DNA of 64,000 nucleotides. Origin: Candidatus Saccharimonadales bacterium. GTDB taxonomy: Bacteria > Patescibacteriota > Saccharimonadia > Saccharimonadales > 2-12-FULL-41-12. A model generated the notes under the pieces. It was given only the letters and a program-made list of their open reading frames with translations, searched no databases and had not been told where the DNA came from. Made by a program: the position numbers and the translations under genes. This document shows, one piece after another, positions 18,926-28,626 of this stretch. Within the stretch, counting starts at the first letter, position 1, and the number at the start of each line of letters is the position of its first letter. The stretch is taken from the NCBI GenBank assembly GCA_041600715.1, contig JBFIJM010000001.1, positions 128,387 through 192,386 on the forward strand, in the 5' to 3' direction.

Positions 18926-21775
18926 TTATCCCAGCTTTAGCGGTGTATGTGTTACTAGTCTAGACACAGTAATTCCAGATAGTATAGGTGCAAGAATAAT
19001 CAACCAAACTACTATTTGACTAAGTGTTATAGCTATTAGAATGCTTAGTGAAATCCAAAGCAAGCCTTTTCTACGGCTGACATGTCGTCTTAAAAACTCC
19101 GCTCCTAGATAGTAGTAAGGAAAGACGGTTATTACAAGAAATGTGCTGGAGAATAAGCCAAAAATTAGCACAACAGCTAGCCCTTCCCAGAAAGGACTTG
19201 TGATAGCTAAAGGTATTAGCGAAACAATGGCAGTGAAGCTTGTAGCTATAAGCGGTCGGAAACGCTCGGCCAGAGCTTCGTGGGCAGCGTCAACTGGGTG
19301 TAAGCCTGATGCCCTACCTTGATTAGCGTAGTCTGTTAGTAGAATTGTGTTTTTGATACTGAGCCCAATTAGCGCAAAGAATCCGAGCATTGCAAAGAAA
19401 CTAAACGCATTATCAGTAGTATAAAGCCCAAAAGTTATACCGAATAAGCTAAAGGGTATCGCCATAAATATGAGCAAGGGCTGGAGCAAGCTCTTAAACT
19501 GGAATGCTAGTAGAACGAATATAACCAACAGTACTGCCGGAAATGCTATGGCAAGCGTTGCAAAGCTTTCCTGATTCTCGTCTTCTTGTCCGAAATTAAA
19601 TGTAACCGCATCTTCTTTTAGGCCGTAAGACTCAATTCTTTCTTTGGTAAATTCTTTTTCGACCGCCGACTGCGCTAATGTAACGAGCGTAGTAGTGTCG
19701 GTGTCTATAAAACTGGCTCCTACCTCAATGTATGAATTATTGTTGTCACGGCTAAAAATGCTTGGGTTAGGAGGAGTGACTTTGTCTATAGTAGCTGTAG
19801 AGCCGTCTGGACGTTTTAGTGTTGCGGTTTCAAGGAATGAGCCAATATCACTTGCTAAACGTATAGCAGAGTCTCTGTTTTGACTAGAATCAACACGGGC
19901 CTCAAAGGCTGAGGCCGGAGGACCTGCATCAATCTGAGCGACACTCACCTGTGCTCCTTCAAAGTCTGCAAATCTCGTATTTAATTTATCGACGATTTCT
20001 GGTGCTTTTATATCGCGTTTTTTATAATCTACCAAATCTACATTAAGCATTGCACTGCGTGCGTCGGCCATCCCCAGATAGCTGGCTTGTACTAAGTTAT
20101 CGCCCACTACTTCTTTTACCAACCCATCTGCTCTATCACTTATTTCCTGGGCTGTATTAATGTTAGTCCCCGGTTCAAAATTTAATGTAATACTGATTTG
20201 GTTCGCATCTTTTGAAGCCGGGAATATATTAAATGTAACTTTTTGGAATAAGTACCCACCTGCACCGATAAACCCGAACCCTATGAACAACGCAGTAAGC
20301 CCGACAAGGCTTAGTTTTTTACGCGAATTTTTAGCCCATAGCATTGGTCTAGATATGAACATTGCAATTCGTGCCTCAACACCGTCCGCAATCTCATGTG
20401 CATTCTTCTTTCCCATATGTTTCTTACCTAATAATAGAAAGCGTGCAAAAAGCGGAATAAATACAAGCGCCACCAATAAACTCATTGCCAATGCGGTGAT
20501 AATCGTCACTGGAATTGCCCGGATAAAGCTTCCCAGTATTCCTCCTGCAAAAAGGAGCGGTGCAAAACTGAGTGCTGCTGTAGAAGTGGCTGCAATCATG
20601 GCGCGACTCACCTTTTTGGTGGCTACCTCTACAACCTTATTAGGATCCTTGCGTTTTTTCCGCTGGGTATCTAGTGCCTCGACCATAATAATCGTGTCGT
20701 CTACAATTAGTGCCAACCCAAGAATAAGAGCAAACAATGTAATCGTGTTAAGAGAGTATCCAAATAAATACAGCAACGCATTTGTTATCGCTATAACAGT
20801 AAACATAGAAAGCACAGTAATGATAGATGCCCTAACTGCGATCACGATTGACCCAACAACGAGTACGGCTATAAGTCCTTCAAGTAGTGCTTTTTGAAGC
20901 TCATCGATCTGCGCGTTGATCTGGGGCGCGTAGCTGGCGCTGACCACGGCGTCATAGTTATTAAAGCTTCTTTGCTTCTTTAGCTCTTGTATCGCGCCTC
21001 TTACTTGAGTATCGAGCTCTAAATTATCAGCACCTTCTTTTGCCGTAAATCCAATAATAACTGAGTCATAAACATCAGTAGAATCTGCAGTACGAACCGC
21101 ATAGCGGTCAAACGTTTTCTGCTGAACTTGTTCCTTGCCTGTACTAGGATTTATCGCAGTTTCAAAGGGATCAATTATGCTGACTTCTTCCACAAGACTC
21201 AGGTTCTTGTTGCGGATAAATGAAGCCGCTTCTTCTGCTTTGGTGGCTAGTTCTTGGGAGTTTACATTGGCCTTTGAGTAAAATGATACAGCCAGATCAT
21301 CCCCTCGTTGCGTAAAGCCAAACTTGAAAGCCTCGAGACCGCCTGTAACTTGCTCCGGAAGAATATTCTGCTTTTGAATTTCAGCCTGTATCTCACTAGA
21401 ACGTACTTCTGCCTTGACGTTGTCCTCGTACGATACTTGAGCCACATAGAAATTTGCCTGACTTTGGGTTTGGACATTCTTGACACCAGGTTGCCTTAGT
21501 AAGAACTCACTGAGAGGACGCGCTACATCTTGGTCTACTTTTTTAGCGTCATTTACAAGGTAAGCGCCTTGACTGATTGCAAACGGAGTCTCAATAGCAG
21601 GAAAGCCTTCACGCTTAAGGAGAGTAGTGTAACTTGCAATCCCTATTAAAACCAGAGACAGACACAAAAGAGCTGTTTTACGTGGTCTTTTAAAGAAATA
21701 CAGACTGAGCCGTTGCAGGGGTTTTAGCCTGTTGTCGCTTTGTCGGATTTTACGTTTCGATGATTTAATTGCCAT
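18926..21775 (-). CDS. RND-type efflux transporter permease (AcrB/HAE-like, short form)
   Basis: About 950 aa with two blocks of 5-6 TM helices and two large loops. It carries the typical LALIVDDTIIMVEAL and GLSIKNTILL motifs. Start placed at MAIKSS. Confidence 0.8.
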   Translation of the reverse strand: MAIKSSKRKIRQSDNRLKPLQRLSLYFFKRPRKTALLCLSLVLIGIASYTTLLKREGFPAIETPFAISQGAYLVNDAKKVDQDVARPLSEFLLRQPGVKNVQTQSQANFYVAQVSYEDNVKAEVRSSEIQAEIQKQNILPEQVTGGLEAFKFGFTQRGDDLAVSFYSKANVNSQELATKAEEAASFIRNKNLSLVEEVSIIDPFETAINPSTGKEQVQQKTFDRYAVRTADSTDVYDSVIIGFTAKEGADNLELDTQVRGAIQELKKQRSFNNYDAVVSASYAPQINAQIDELQKALLEGLIAVLVVGSIVIAVRASIITVLSMFTVIAITNALLYLFGYSLNTITLFALILGLALIVDDTIIMVEALDTQRKKRKDPNKVVEVATKKVSRAMIAATSTAALSFAPLLFAGGILGSFIRAIPVTIITALAMSLLVALVFIPLFARFLLLGKKHMGKKNAHEIADGVEARIAMFISRPMLWAKNSRKKLSLVGLTALFIGFGFIGAGGYLFQKVTFNIFPASKDANQISITLNFEPGTNINTAQEISDRADGLVKEVVGDNLVQASYLGMADARSAMLNVDLVDYKKRDIKAPEIVDKLNTRFADFEGAQVSVAQIDAGPPASAFEARVDSSQNRDSAIRLASDIGSFLETATLKRPDGSTATIDKVTPPNPSIFSRDNNNSYIEVGASFIDTDTTTLVTLAQSAVEKEFTKERIESYGLKEDAVTFNFGQEDENQESFATLAIAFPAVLLVIFVLLAFQFKSLLQPLLIFMAIPFSLFGITFGLYTTDNAFSFFAMLGFFALIGLSIKNTILLTDYANQGRASGLHPVDAAHEALAERFRPLIATSFTAIVSLIPLAITSPFWEGLAVVLIFGLFSSTFLVITVFPYYYLGAEFLRRHVSRRKGLLWISLSILIAITLSQIVVWLIILAPILSGITVSRLVTHTPLKLG

Positions 21776-21842
21776 TAGATACCTCACATTGGGGCTTGTC
21801 TAATATTAAGCCCTATACATGAAGTAAAGCAAACAGGTTTTC

Positions 21843-22121
21843 CTAAGCAACCTCGTCTGGAGGATTTGAATTTTCGACTAATCTAAGTAGCTTTCCCCCA
21901 TTTTCAACAGCTAAATCTGAGTCTACAACCGCCATACCTTCACTGAATTCGTCAATAATCGCCTGACGTTCTGGAGACAGGCGTGGCCGTTCATTGTATG
22001 GGTCAAGCTCGTCGCTAATTATAGGGTGAGTGCTTGTAACACTAGGTGTAAATTCTTTTGCTCGTCTTTGTCTATATGCAGAAAGATCAATAACATTATT
22101 TTTAGGTACACCACTGTTCAT
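21843..22121 (-). CDS. Hypothetical protein
   Basis: 92-aa ORF with no motif recognised. Confidence 0.3.
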   Translation of the reverse strand: MNSGVPKNNVIDLSAYRQRRAKEFTPSVTSTHPIISDELDPYNERPRLSPERQAIIDEFSEGMAVVDSDLAVENGGKLLRLVENSNPPDEVA

Positions 22122-22199
22122 AATCTTATTATATCATATAACAACGGCTATGGTCAATGTAGGATTTTACAAGCATAAGCCTGTTATACTGTTTTTAAG

Positions 22200-23546
22200 A
22201 TGGTTCATACGAAAGTAGATGTAGTGATAATTGGTGGCGGACCAGCAGGAATAACTGCTGGTCTAGGCATTAAGCGCCGTGATCCAGCAAAGTCAGTCGT
22301 GATTATTGAGAAACAAGACTTGGGTGGCGAAAACGTTTCAACTGGCAGTATTCCATCCAAAACTTTTTTGTACCTAGCAAAGAAGCATGCCGTCACTCCC
22401 TCAGCCTACTCTTCAGTAAAAATACTCCAATTTGTAAGAGACAAGATTGATGAAGTCCGTGCTGACTACGATGAAATAGAACTACAAACGGCTGGAATCG
22501 ATGTACTCAAAGGAGAACCCGAGTTTAATGGACGTCGTTCGCTGACTATAAATGACAGTAAAGTAAAGTTTAAGTATGCGGTTATCGCCACAGGATCAGA
22601 GGCCCGACAGCTCAGCATTAAAGGCCTTGATGCAAAGGACGTTATAACGGCAAATGACTTGTTCTCCATGAAGAAATTACCTAAGCACGTCATCATAGTG
22701 GGCACAGGCAGGACCGGAATTGAGTCTGCTCAAACACTCGCTTTTCTAGGTGTGAAAGTAACGGTTATTAATGAACTGGATAAGCTATTCCCCTACCTTA
22801 ATAAAGAAATCAGAACATTGCTTGAAGATGGATTGGCAGAACATGGGGTTCGAGTCTTGCACGGTGCGAGTATCAATAAAATTCATAATAAAACAGCTCA
22901 GATCTATCACTCGTCTGGTGTTCTTGAGTGTCCGTTTGATAATGTCATGTTTGCTGTTGGTCGAGATGCGGTCATCCCATCCGGGACTAAGAAAGCTCGT
23001 GTTCGTCTGAAATCAGAGGGGATACCGACTAACCTCAAGCATCTGACTAGTAATCATCGTATTTTTGCCATCGGAGACGTTGCCTCTCGTTCTCACTTCA
23101 CTCATATTGCGACTGATCAAGCATACGATGTGGTTGAGTACATTTGCTCACGAAGGTCACGATACATCCATCGCCCCGCACCGCTTATTCCGGCAACACT
23201 ATACACTTTACCCGAGGTAGCAACGGTCGGACTCTCGTACCGTGAAGCAAGAGAGGCCCACAGGAAGAGATCTTTGCAAAAAATAATAGTGCCTTACTGG
23301 AAAAATGATCGTGCCAAAACAGAGTTCGCCACTGACGGAATGTTGACTGTTGTTGTGAAGCGAAAGACAGGCAAAATAATAGGAGCTCAGATTGCTGGGG
23401 CTTGTGCAGGTGAGCTAATCGGTACTTTTTGTGTAGCTATGCAACATGGGTTAACCTTGCCTCAACTAGGGAGTACGATGTTGCCCTACCCGTCCTATCA
23501 AGAGCTAATACACTCGGCAACTCGCGAATTTTACGATCTTAATTAA
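22200..23546 (+). CDS. FAD-dependent pyridine nucleotide-disulfide oxidoreductase homologue lacking the redox-active cysteines
   Basis: FAD site VIIGGGPAG, NAD site IIVGTGRTGIESA and a dimerisation domain are present. GGENVSTGSIPSK replaces the canonical GGxCxxxGCxPSK, and YPSYQE replaces the HPTxxE His-Glu dyad. Confidence 0.75.
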   Translation: MVHTKVDVVIIGGGPAGITAGLGIKRRDPAKSVVIIEKQDLGGENVSTGSIPSKTFLYLAKKHAVTPSAYSSVKILQFVRDKIDEVRADYDEIELQTAGIDVLKGEPEFNGRRSLTINDSKVKFKYAVIATGSEARQLSIKGLDAKDVITANDLFSMKKLPKHVIIVGTGRTGIESAQTLAFLGVKVTVINELDKLFPYLNKEIRTLLEDGLAEHGVRVLHGASINKIHNKTAQIYHSSGVLECPFDNVMFAVGRDAVIPSGTKKARVRLKSEGIPTNLKHLTSNHRIFAIGDVASRSHFTHIATDQAYDVVEYICSRRSRYIHRPAPLIPATLYTLPEVATVGLSYREAREAHRKRSLQKIIVPYWKNDRAKTEFATDGMLTVVVKRKTGKIIGAQIAGACAGELIGTFCVAMQHGLTLPQLGSTMLPYPSYQELIHSATREFYDLN

Positions 23547-24262
23547 CGGTATTCAGGATTTTCAAAACCAAATCGTTCACCATTATCCCACTGGCTTCGT
23601 TGGTTGCCGTGGGCAGGAATACCGTTATTGTCCCTCAGTAATTTAGCCAGATGGAGCAGGTTCCAGGTCATAAAAGTCGTATTACGATTAGTGAAATCAT
23701 TATCAATTCCTGCTACATGTCCATCCTCTGTTTTGTCACCATAGCTTGGTCCAGGTCCGGCTTCTCCAATCCAACCCGCATCCGCTTGTGGAGGAATGGT
23801 ATAACCCAGATGTTGAAGGCTGTACAATATATTCATAGCACAATGTTTTACGCCATCCTCATTCCCAGTAATTAAGCATCCACCGACTTTGCCGTAATAT
23901 GCATATTGGCCCTGTTTATTCAGCTCACCAGAGTATCCATAGAGGCGCTCAATTACTTTTTTCATCTCACTGGAATTATCTCCTAGCCAGATCGGTCCAG
24001 CCAGTACTAATATGTCTGCGTTCATAACCTTTTCTTGAATTGTAGGCCAGGAGTCTTTTTTAAAGCCATGTTTAGTCATGTCAGGGTAGACTCCAGGAGC
24101 TATATCGTGATCCACTGCTCGGATAAGTTCTGTGCTTACTCCTTGCTTGATCATAATATTTTGACTGAGTTTAATCAGTATGTCAGTATGACTCTCATTT
24201 GGCGATGGTTTGAGGGTGGCATTAATGAATAATGCCGAAATATTACTATAATCATGTTTCAT
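23543..24262 (-). CDS. Flavodoxin-like NAD(P)H-dependent FMN reductase family protein
   Basis: FINATLKPSP, ADILVLAGPIWLGDNSSEMKKVIERL and GNEDG match the pattern of the NADPH-dependent FMN reductase fold. Confidence 0.6.
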   Translation of the reverse strand: MKHDYSNISALFINATLKPSPNESHTDILIKLSQNIMIKQGVSTELIRAVDHDIAPGVYPDMTKHGFKKDSWPTIQEKVMNADILVLAGPIWLGDNSSEMKKVIERLYGYSGELNKQGQYAYYGKVGGCLITGNEDGVKHCAMNILYSLQHLGYTIPPQADAGWIGEAGPGPSYGDKTEDGHVAGIDNDFTNRNTTFMTWNLLHLAKLLRDNNGIPAHGNQRSQWDNGERFGFENPEYR

Positions 24263-24265
24263 ATA

Positions 24266-24439
24266 TTAATCCTCTATATATTTAACTAACTTCCATCCAA
24301 CCCATAAACCAATGAGCCCTCCCGCGAAAGTAAACAGGACACTAGTTAAACCAATGTCGTTCTTCTCTCCCCAGAGAGTTGGTACATAGGCGCCGACTAC
24401 CGCACCAATGCCACTTGTTAAAATGAGTGTTTGTTTCAT
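24266..24439 (-). CDS. Small 2-TM membrane protein (57 aa)
   Basis: MKQTLILTSGIGAVVGAYVPTLWGEKNDIGLTSVLFTFAGGLIGLWVGWKLVKYIED. Its stop lies 3 nt before the FMN-reductase start. Below the track cut-off. Confidence 0.4.
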   Translation of the reverse strand: MKQTLILTSGIGAVVGAYVPTLWGEKNDIGLTSVLFTFAGGLIGLWVGWKLVKYIED

Positions 24440-24454
24440 CTATTGTAGTATAGC

Positions 24455-25672
<1,218 letters not shown>

Positions 25673-25675
25673 TTA

Positions 25676-26338
25676 TTACAGCAACTCTTTGTATAATTTT
25701 TTTTCTAATAGCTTAAGGTCTTTTATGATAATTCTACCTCTCTCTACTTCTACTGCCTCGAACTGTTTTAGTTTTCTGATTTCCCTGTTAACTGTCTCGC
25801 GAGTAAGCCCAGTACGCCCGGCAATATTGCGTTCACTCATCTCGATTACAAAGTGCTTATTCTTATTAAGAATACCGTAGCGTTTACATTCGATGAAGAT
25901 TTCATATGCCACACGGCTAAGGGCGTTACTTGCCATAAGCGAAACTGCACGTCCTAAAAACTCATCAAGCCCTCTATTTACTCTTTGAAGTAGTGCCATC
26001 ATAACTTCTGGATTCTCATACAGCATTGCTTCTACTTCCACTGTAGGCGCTTTATGGGCGCGTACATCAGTTTCTGTAGCATAATAAAACCTGTTGACTG
26101 TACGCTGATTTATAGCCTGAGATACTGGGAGAAAACTTCCTGGACGGAAAATGTTTAATATAATTTCATCGCCTTTATAATTTACACTGTATTTTTTAAT
26201 CTTACCTTCAGTGAGATAATATACATCCTTACTGTTTTCTCCTGCAAAAACCAAAATTTCACCTTTAGGATATACGCGTTCTCTATACTTTTTAAAGAAG
26301 TCGTCAGTAATTTTGCGAGCATTATCATGATTCTTCAT
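25676..26338 (-). CDS. Crp/Fnr family transcriptional regulator
   Basis: N-terminal cNMP-binding beta-roll (YYLTEGKIKKY) and C-terminal HTH (ERNIAGRTGLTRETVNREIRKL). Confidence 0.75.
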   Translation of the reverse strand: MKNHDNARKITDDFFKKYRERVYPKGEILVFAGENSKDVYYLTEGKIKKYSVNYKGDEIILNIFRPGSFLPVSQAINQRTVNRFYYATETDVRAHKAPTVEVEAMLYENPEVMMALLQRVNRGLDEFLGRAVSLMASNALSRVAYEIFIECKRYGILNKNKHFVIEMSERNIAGRTGLTRETVNREIRKLKQFEAVEVERGRIIIKDLKLLEKKLYKELL

Positions 26339-26364
26339 AATGCAAAAGTCCTGTTTGGAATAGT

Positions 26365-26397
26365 GAAAAATAAAAACAGCCCCAAAATAGGGGCTGT
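26365..26397 (-). terminator. Intrinsic terminator after the RRM protein gene
   Basis: Minus strand reads ACAGCCCC-TATTTT-GGGGCTGT followed by TTTTTATTTTTC. Confidence 0.65.
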
Positions 26398-26418
26398 AAA
26401 TTTATAGTGAGACTATTT

Positions 26419-26748
26419 CTAGTAGCGTCGGCCACCGCCACCACCATAACCGCCACCATTTCCACGATCGCCACCACCGAATGAACGGTTTTCACGTGGT
26501 TCGCGTGGTCGAGCTTCATTGACTGCAATAGCACGGCCTTCAAGCTCTTTGCCATTCAACTGATCAACAGCTGCTTTAGCCTCTTCTTCAGTTTCCATCT
26601 CAACAAAGCCGAAGCCTTTAGAGCGGTTTGTTTCACGGTCCATGATGACCTTAGCTGATACTACGTTGCCAGCTTCTTTAAAGAAAGCTTCCAACTGATC
26701 ATCAGTCACTGCATAGGCTAGACTTCCTACGAATAATTTAGTTGCCAT
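26419..26748 (-). CDS. RRM-type RNA-binding protein with Gly/Arg-rich tail
   Basis: RNP-2 KLFVGSL and RNP-1 KGFGFVEM, with a C-terminal GGGDRGNGGGYGGGGGRRY tail. Start at MATKLF (26748), preceded by GAAGGAG. Confidence 0.85.
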   Translation of the reverse strand: MATKLFVGSLAYAVTDDQLEAFFKEAGNVVSAKVIMDRETNRSKGFGFVEMETEEEAKAAVDQLNGKELEGRAIAVNEARPREPRENRSFGGGDRGNGGGYGGGGGRRY

Positions 26749-26933
26749 TAATACTTCTCCTTCTTTCAAGGTAGGTATCTGGCTGACTATTCGTCTTTTC
26801 CAGTTAGCTGCGCCTACTCGAACACTTGTTTACTTAATCTTAAATTTGTCAGAACACTTAATTTAGCAGCTTCATCTAACAGGTTTAGTATACAACATTA
26901 ATAAGGTGTTCGTACAGAAGATTATGGAATCGA

Positions 26934-27197
26934 TTATTTACGTGAGGTTTTATCAAAAATAAAGGTACTAATAAAAGTAAAAATTAGTGCTCCGCAAATT
27001 GAGACAAGTAAGCTTGCACTCGTAACACCATCAACCTCTATAGGTATAGCAATTTGTGTTATTACACCTGCCAATACCGCGCCAATGGCACCCGATATAA
27101 TAGTGGTTAACGATAGATAGCGATTATTATCGGCTACAAGTAACGCTCCGATCCACCCAATCAATGCACCGAAAAACATCCAAACAACAACATCCAT
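26934..27197 (-). CDS. GlsB/YeaQ/YmgE family (transglycosylase-associated) stress membrane protein
   Basis: MDVVVWMFFGALIGWIGALLV...GAIGAVLAGVI, a typical Gly-zipper 3-TM small protein. Confidence 0.6.
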   Translation of the reverse strand: MDVVVWMFFGALIGWIGALLVADNNRYLSLTTIISGAIGAVLAGVITQIAIPIEVDGVTSASLLVSICGALIFTFISTFIFDKTSRK

Positions 27198-27220
27198 GAT
27201 TGTAATCATTCAATCATTAA

Positions 27221-27364
27221 CTACCAGGTGCGTTCGTGATGAGAACGGTCAGCTTGGTATTCTAGGTCAAGCTCTGGATATTGTTCTGACTTGCGGTGCA
27301 TAAAATCTTTGATTTTAAGCTCTAAACTTTCATTCCTGCTAGACCATGTTTGAACTTGTTGCAT
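27221..27364 (-). CDS. Small hypothetical protein (47 aa)
   Basis: MQQVQTWSSRNESLELKIKDFMHRKSEQYPELDLEYQADRSHHERTW, preceded by a very strong RBS (GGGGAGGTAAGGAG). Below the track cut-off. Confidence 0.4.
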   Translation of the reverse strand: MQQVQTWSSRNESLELKIKDFMHRKSEQYPELDLEYQADRSHHERTW

Positions 27365-27441
27365 CTCCTTACCTCCCCTTTTACATTAACTATCTTAGAG
27401 TAAATTATGAGTGAGGGCTGTAAGCTTAATTACGCGTTGAC

Positions 27442-27457
27442 TGTAAAAAAGTTCACA
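27442..27457. promoter_or_regulatory. Crp-type operator candidate TGTAA-N6-TCACA
   Basis: TGTAAAAAAGTTCACA has one mismatch to the TGTGA-N6-TCACA consensus. It lies 45 nt upstream of the second Crp/Fnr gene, in a divergent intergenic region. Confidence 0.4.
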
Positions 27458-27501
27458 CATTAACCAGCAACCTCCAGTACAATAGTTATTAAGGAAACCA
27501 C

Positions 27502-28164
27502 ATGCAGAAACTTCTTAAATTTATTAATGAACGACCAGCACGCAGTTATAGCGCAGGATCGATTATTTTGTATCAAGGTGAAATACCAAGACACGCGTGT
27601 ATTGTGAAAAAAGGAGTAGTTAGAGCTACTACAATTTCTGTTAACGGAGATGAACAAATTATTGGCTTTCATCAAGCTGGTGATGTGTTACCACTTTCAT
27701 GGGTGTTTAAAAAAACCGCAAGCACCTTATATTTTTATCAAGCGACTTCGGATGTTGAAGTTGTAATGATCGAAAGAGACGAGCTAATATCATTTTTCGA
27801 AAAGTCCGAGAATATGCCTGAATTATTAGATTACCTTGTCACAGATCATGCAGCTACCTCGATACGGATTAGTGCGTTAGAACAACCAAAGGCTCGTGAG
27901 AAATTGATGTACACCCTATATTATTTATGCAAACGGTTTGGTAATAAGAAAACGAATGGTTTGACAGATATAACTCTAGAACTTACGCATCAAACACTTG
28001 GGGCACTTGTGGGCTTAACAAGAGAAACAACCGCTACTGAGATGAGCAAGCTCAAGAAACAAAAAGTATTAACCTATAAAAACCAGGATTACTCAGTCGA
28101 TACGGAAAAGTTGTTGAGTCTTATAGGCGAAGATAGCTTTAGAGAAATTAATATCGAAGAATAG
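27502..28164 (+). CDS. Crp/Fnr family transcriptional regulator (second copy)
   Basis: cNMP-binding fold (ILYQGEIPRHACIVKKGVVR) and HTH (HQTLGALVGLTRETTATEMSKL). Confidence 0.75.
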   Translation: MQKLLKFINERPARSYSAGSIILYQGEIPRHACIVKKGVVRATTISVNGDEQIIGFHQAGDVLPLSWVFKKTASTLYFYQATSDVEVVMIERDELISFFEKSENMPELLDYLVTDHAATSIRISALEQPKAREKLMYTLYYLCKRFGNKKTNGLTDITLELTHQTLGALVGLTRETTATEMSKLKKQKVLTYKNQDYSVDTEKLLSLIGEDSFREINIEE

Positions 28165-28172
28165 TTAATAAA

Positions 28173-28547
28173 CTATTTGTCTTCTAAGGTGTTAGCAACA
28201 AGCTGTGATAGTTCTTTTGGTGAGGCCCAGGCTTTTAGCATATATTTATGAGCGCCCAACTTGTATGCTTCGTCCACTTCACCTTGGGTATCCAAGTTGC
28301 TAAAAACTATAACTTTAACCTTGGGGTGTTCTTCTTTAAGATTGTAGTGTTTCAAAAATTCGATCCCTCCCATTTTGGGCATTCGAAGATCAAGTAGGAT
28401 GACATCAGGTTCAAAAGTTTTACACTTCTCTAACGCCTCTTTCCCGTCAAAAACGACATGTACGTCATAACCATCTTGCTCTAGTATCATTTGATATGCT
28501 TCATTGAGTGTGCGCTCATCTTCTACTACTAATATTTTTTGACTCAT
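28173..28547 (-). CDS. Single-domain response regulator (CheY-like receiver)
   Basis: ILVVEDE, the phospho-acceptor context DVILLDLRMP and the conserved K in the KYMLKAW region. No output domain. Confidence 0.85.
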   Translation of the reverse strand: MSQKILVVEDERTLNEAYQMILEQDGYDVHVVFDGKEALEKCKTFEPDVILLDLRMPKMGGIEFLKHYNLKEEHPKVKVIVFSNLDTQGEVDEAYKLGAHKYMLKAWASPKELSQLVANTLEDK

Positions 28548-28626
28548 AAGTGTTGTCCTATTCAGTTAAGTTTTCAAAGTATCATGTGAATTAAATATGT
28601 ACAATAAGGTTCCTTACATAAAATGA

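Noticed and set aside
20160-20897. 245-aa plus-strand ORF, and similar long antisense ORFs at 32903..33388, 34840..35331, 10479..10886, 17902..18408 and 59898..60311
   Set aside because: All lie antisense within well-supported genes (the RND pump, antiporter, MBL-rhodanese, YjeF-like protein, ABC permease and atpA). They have Ser/Pro/Leu-rich shadow composition.
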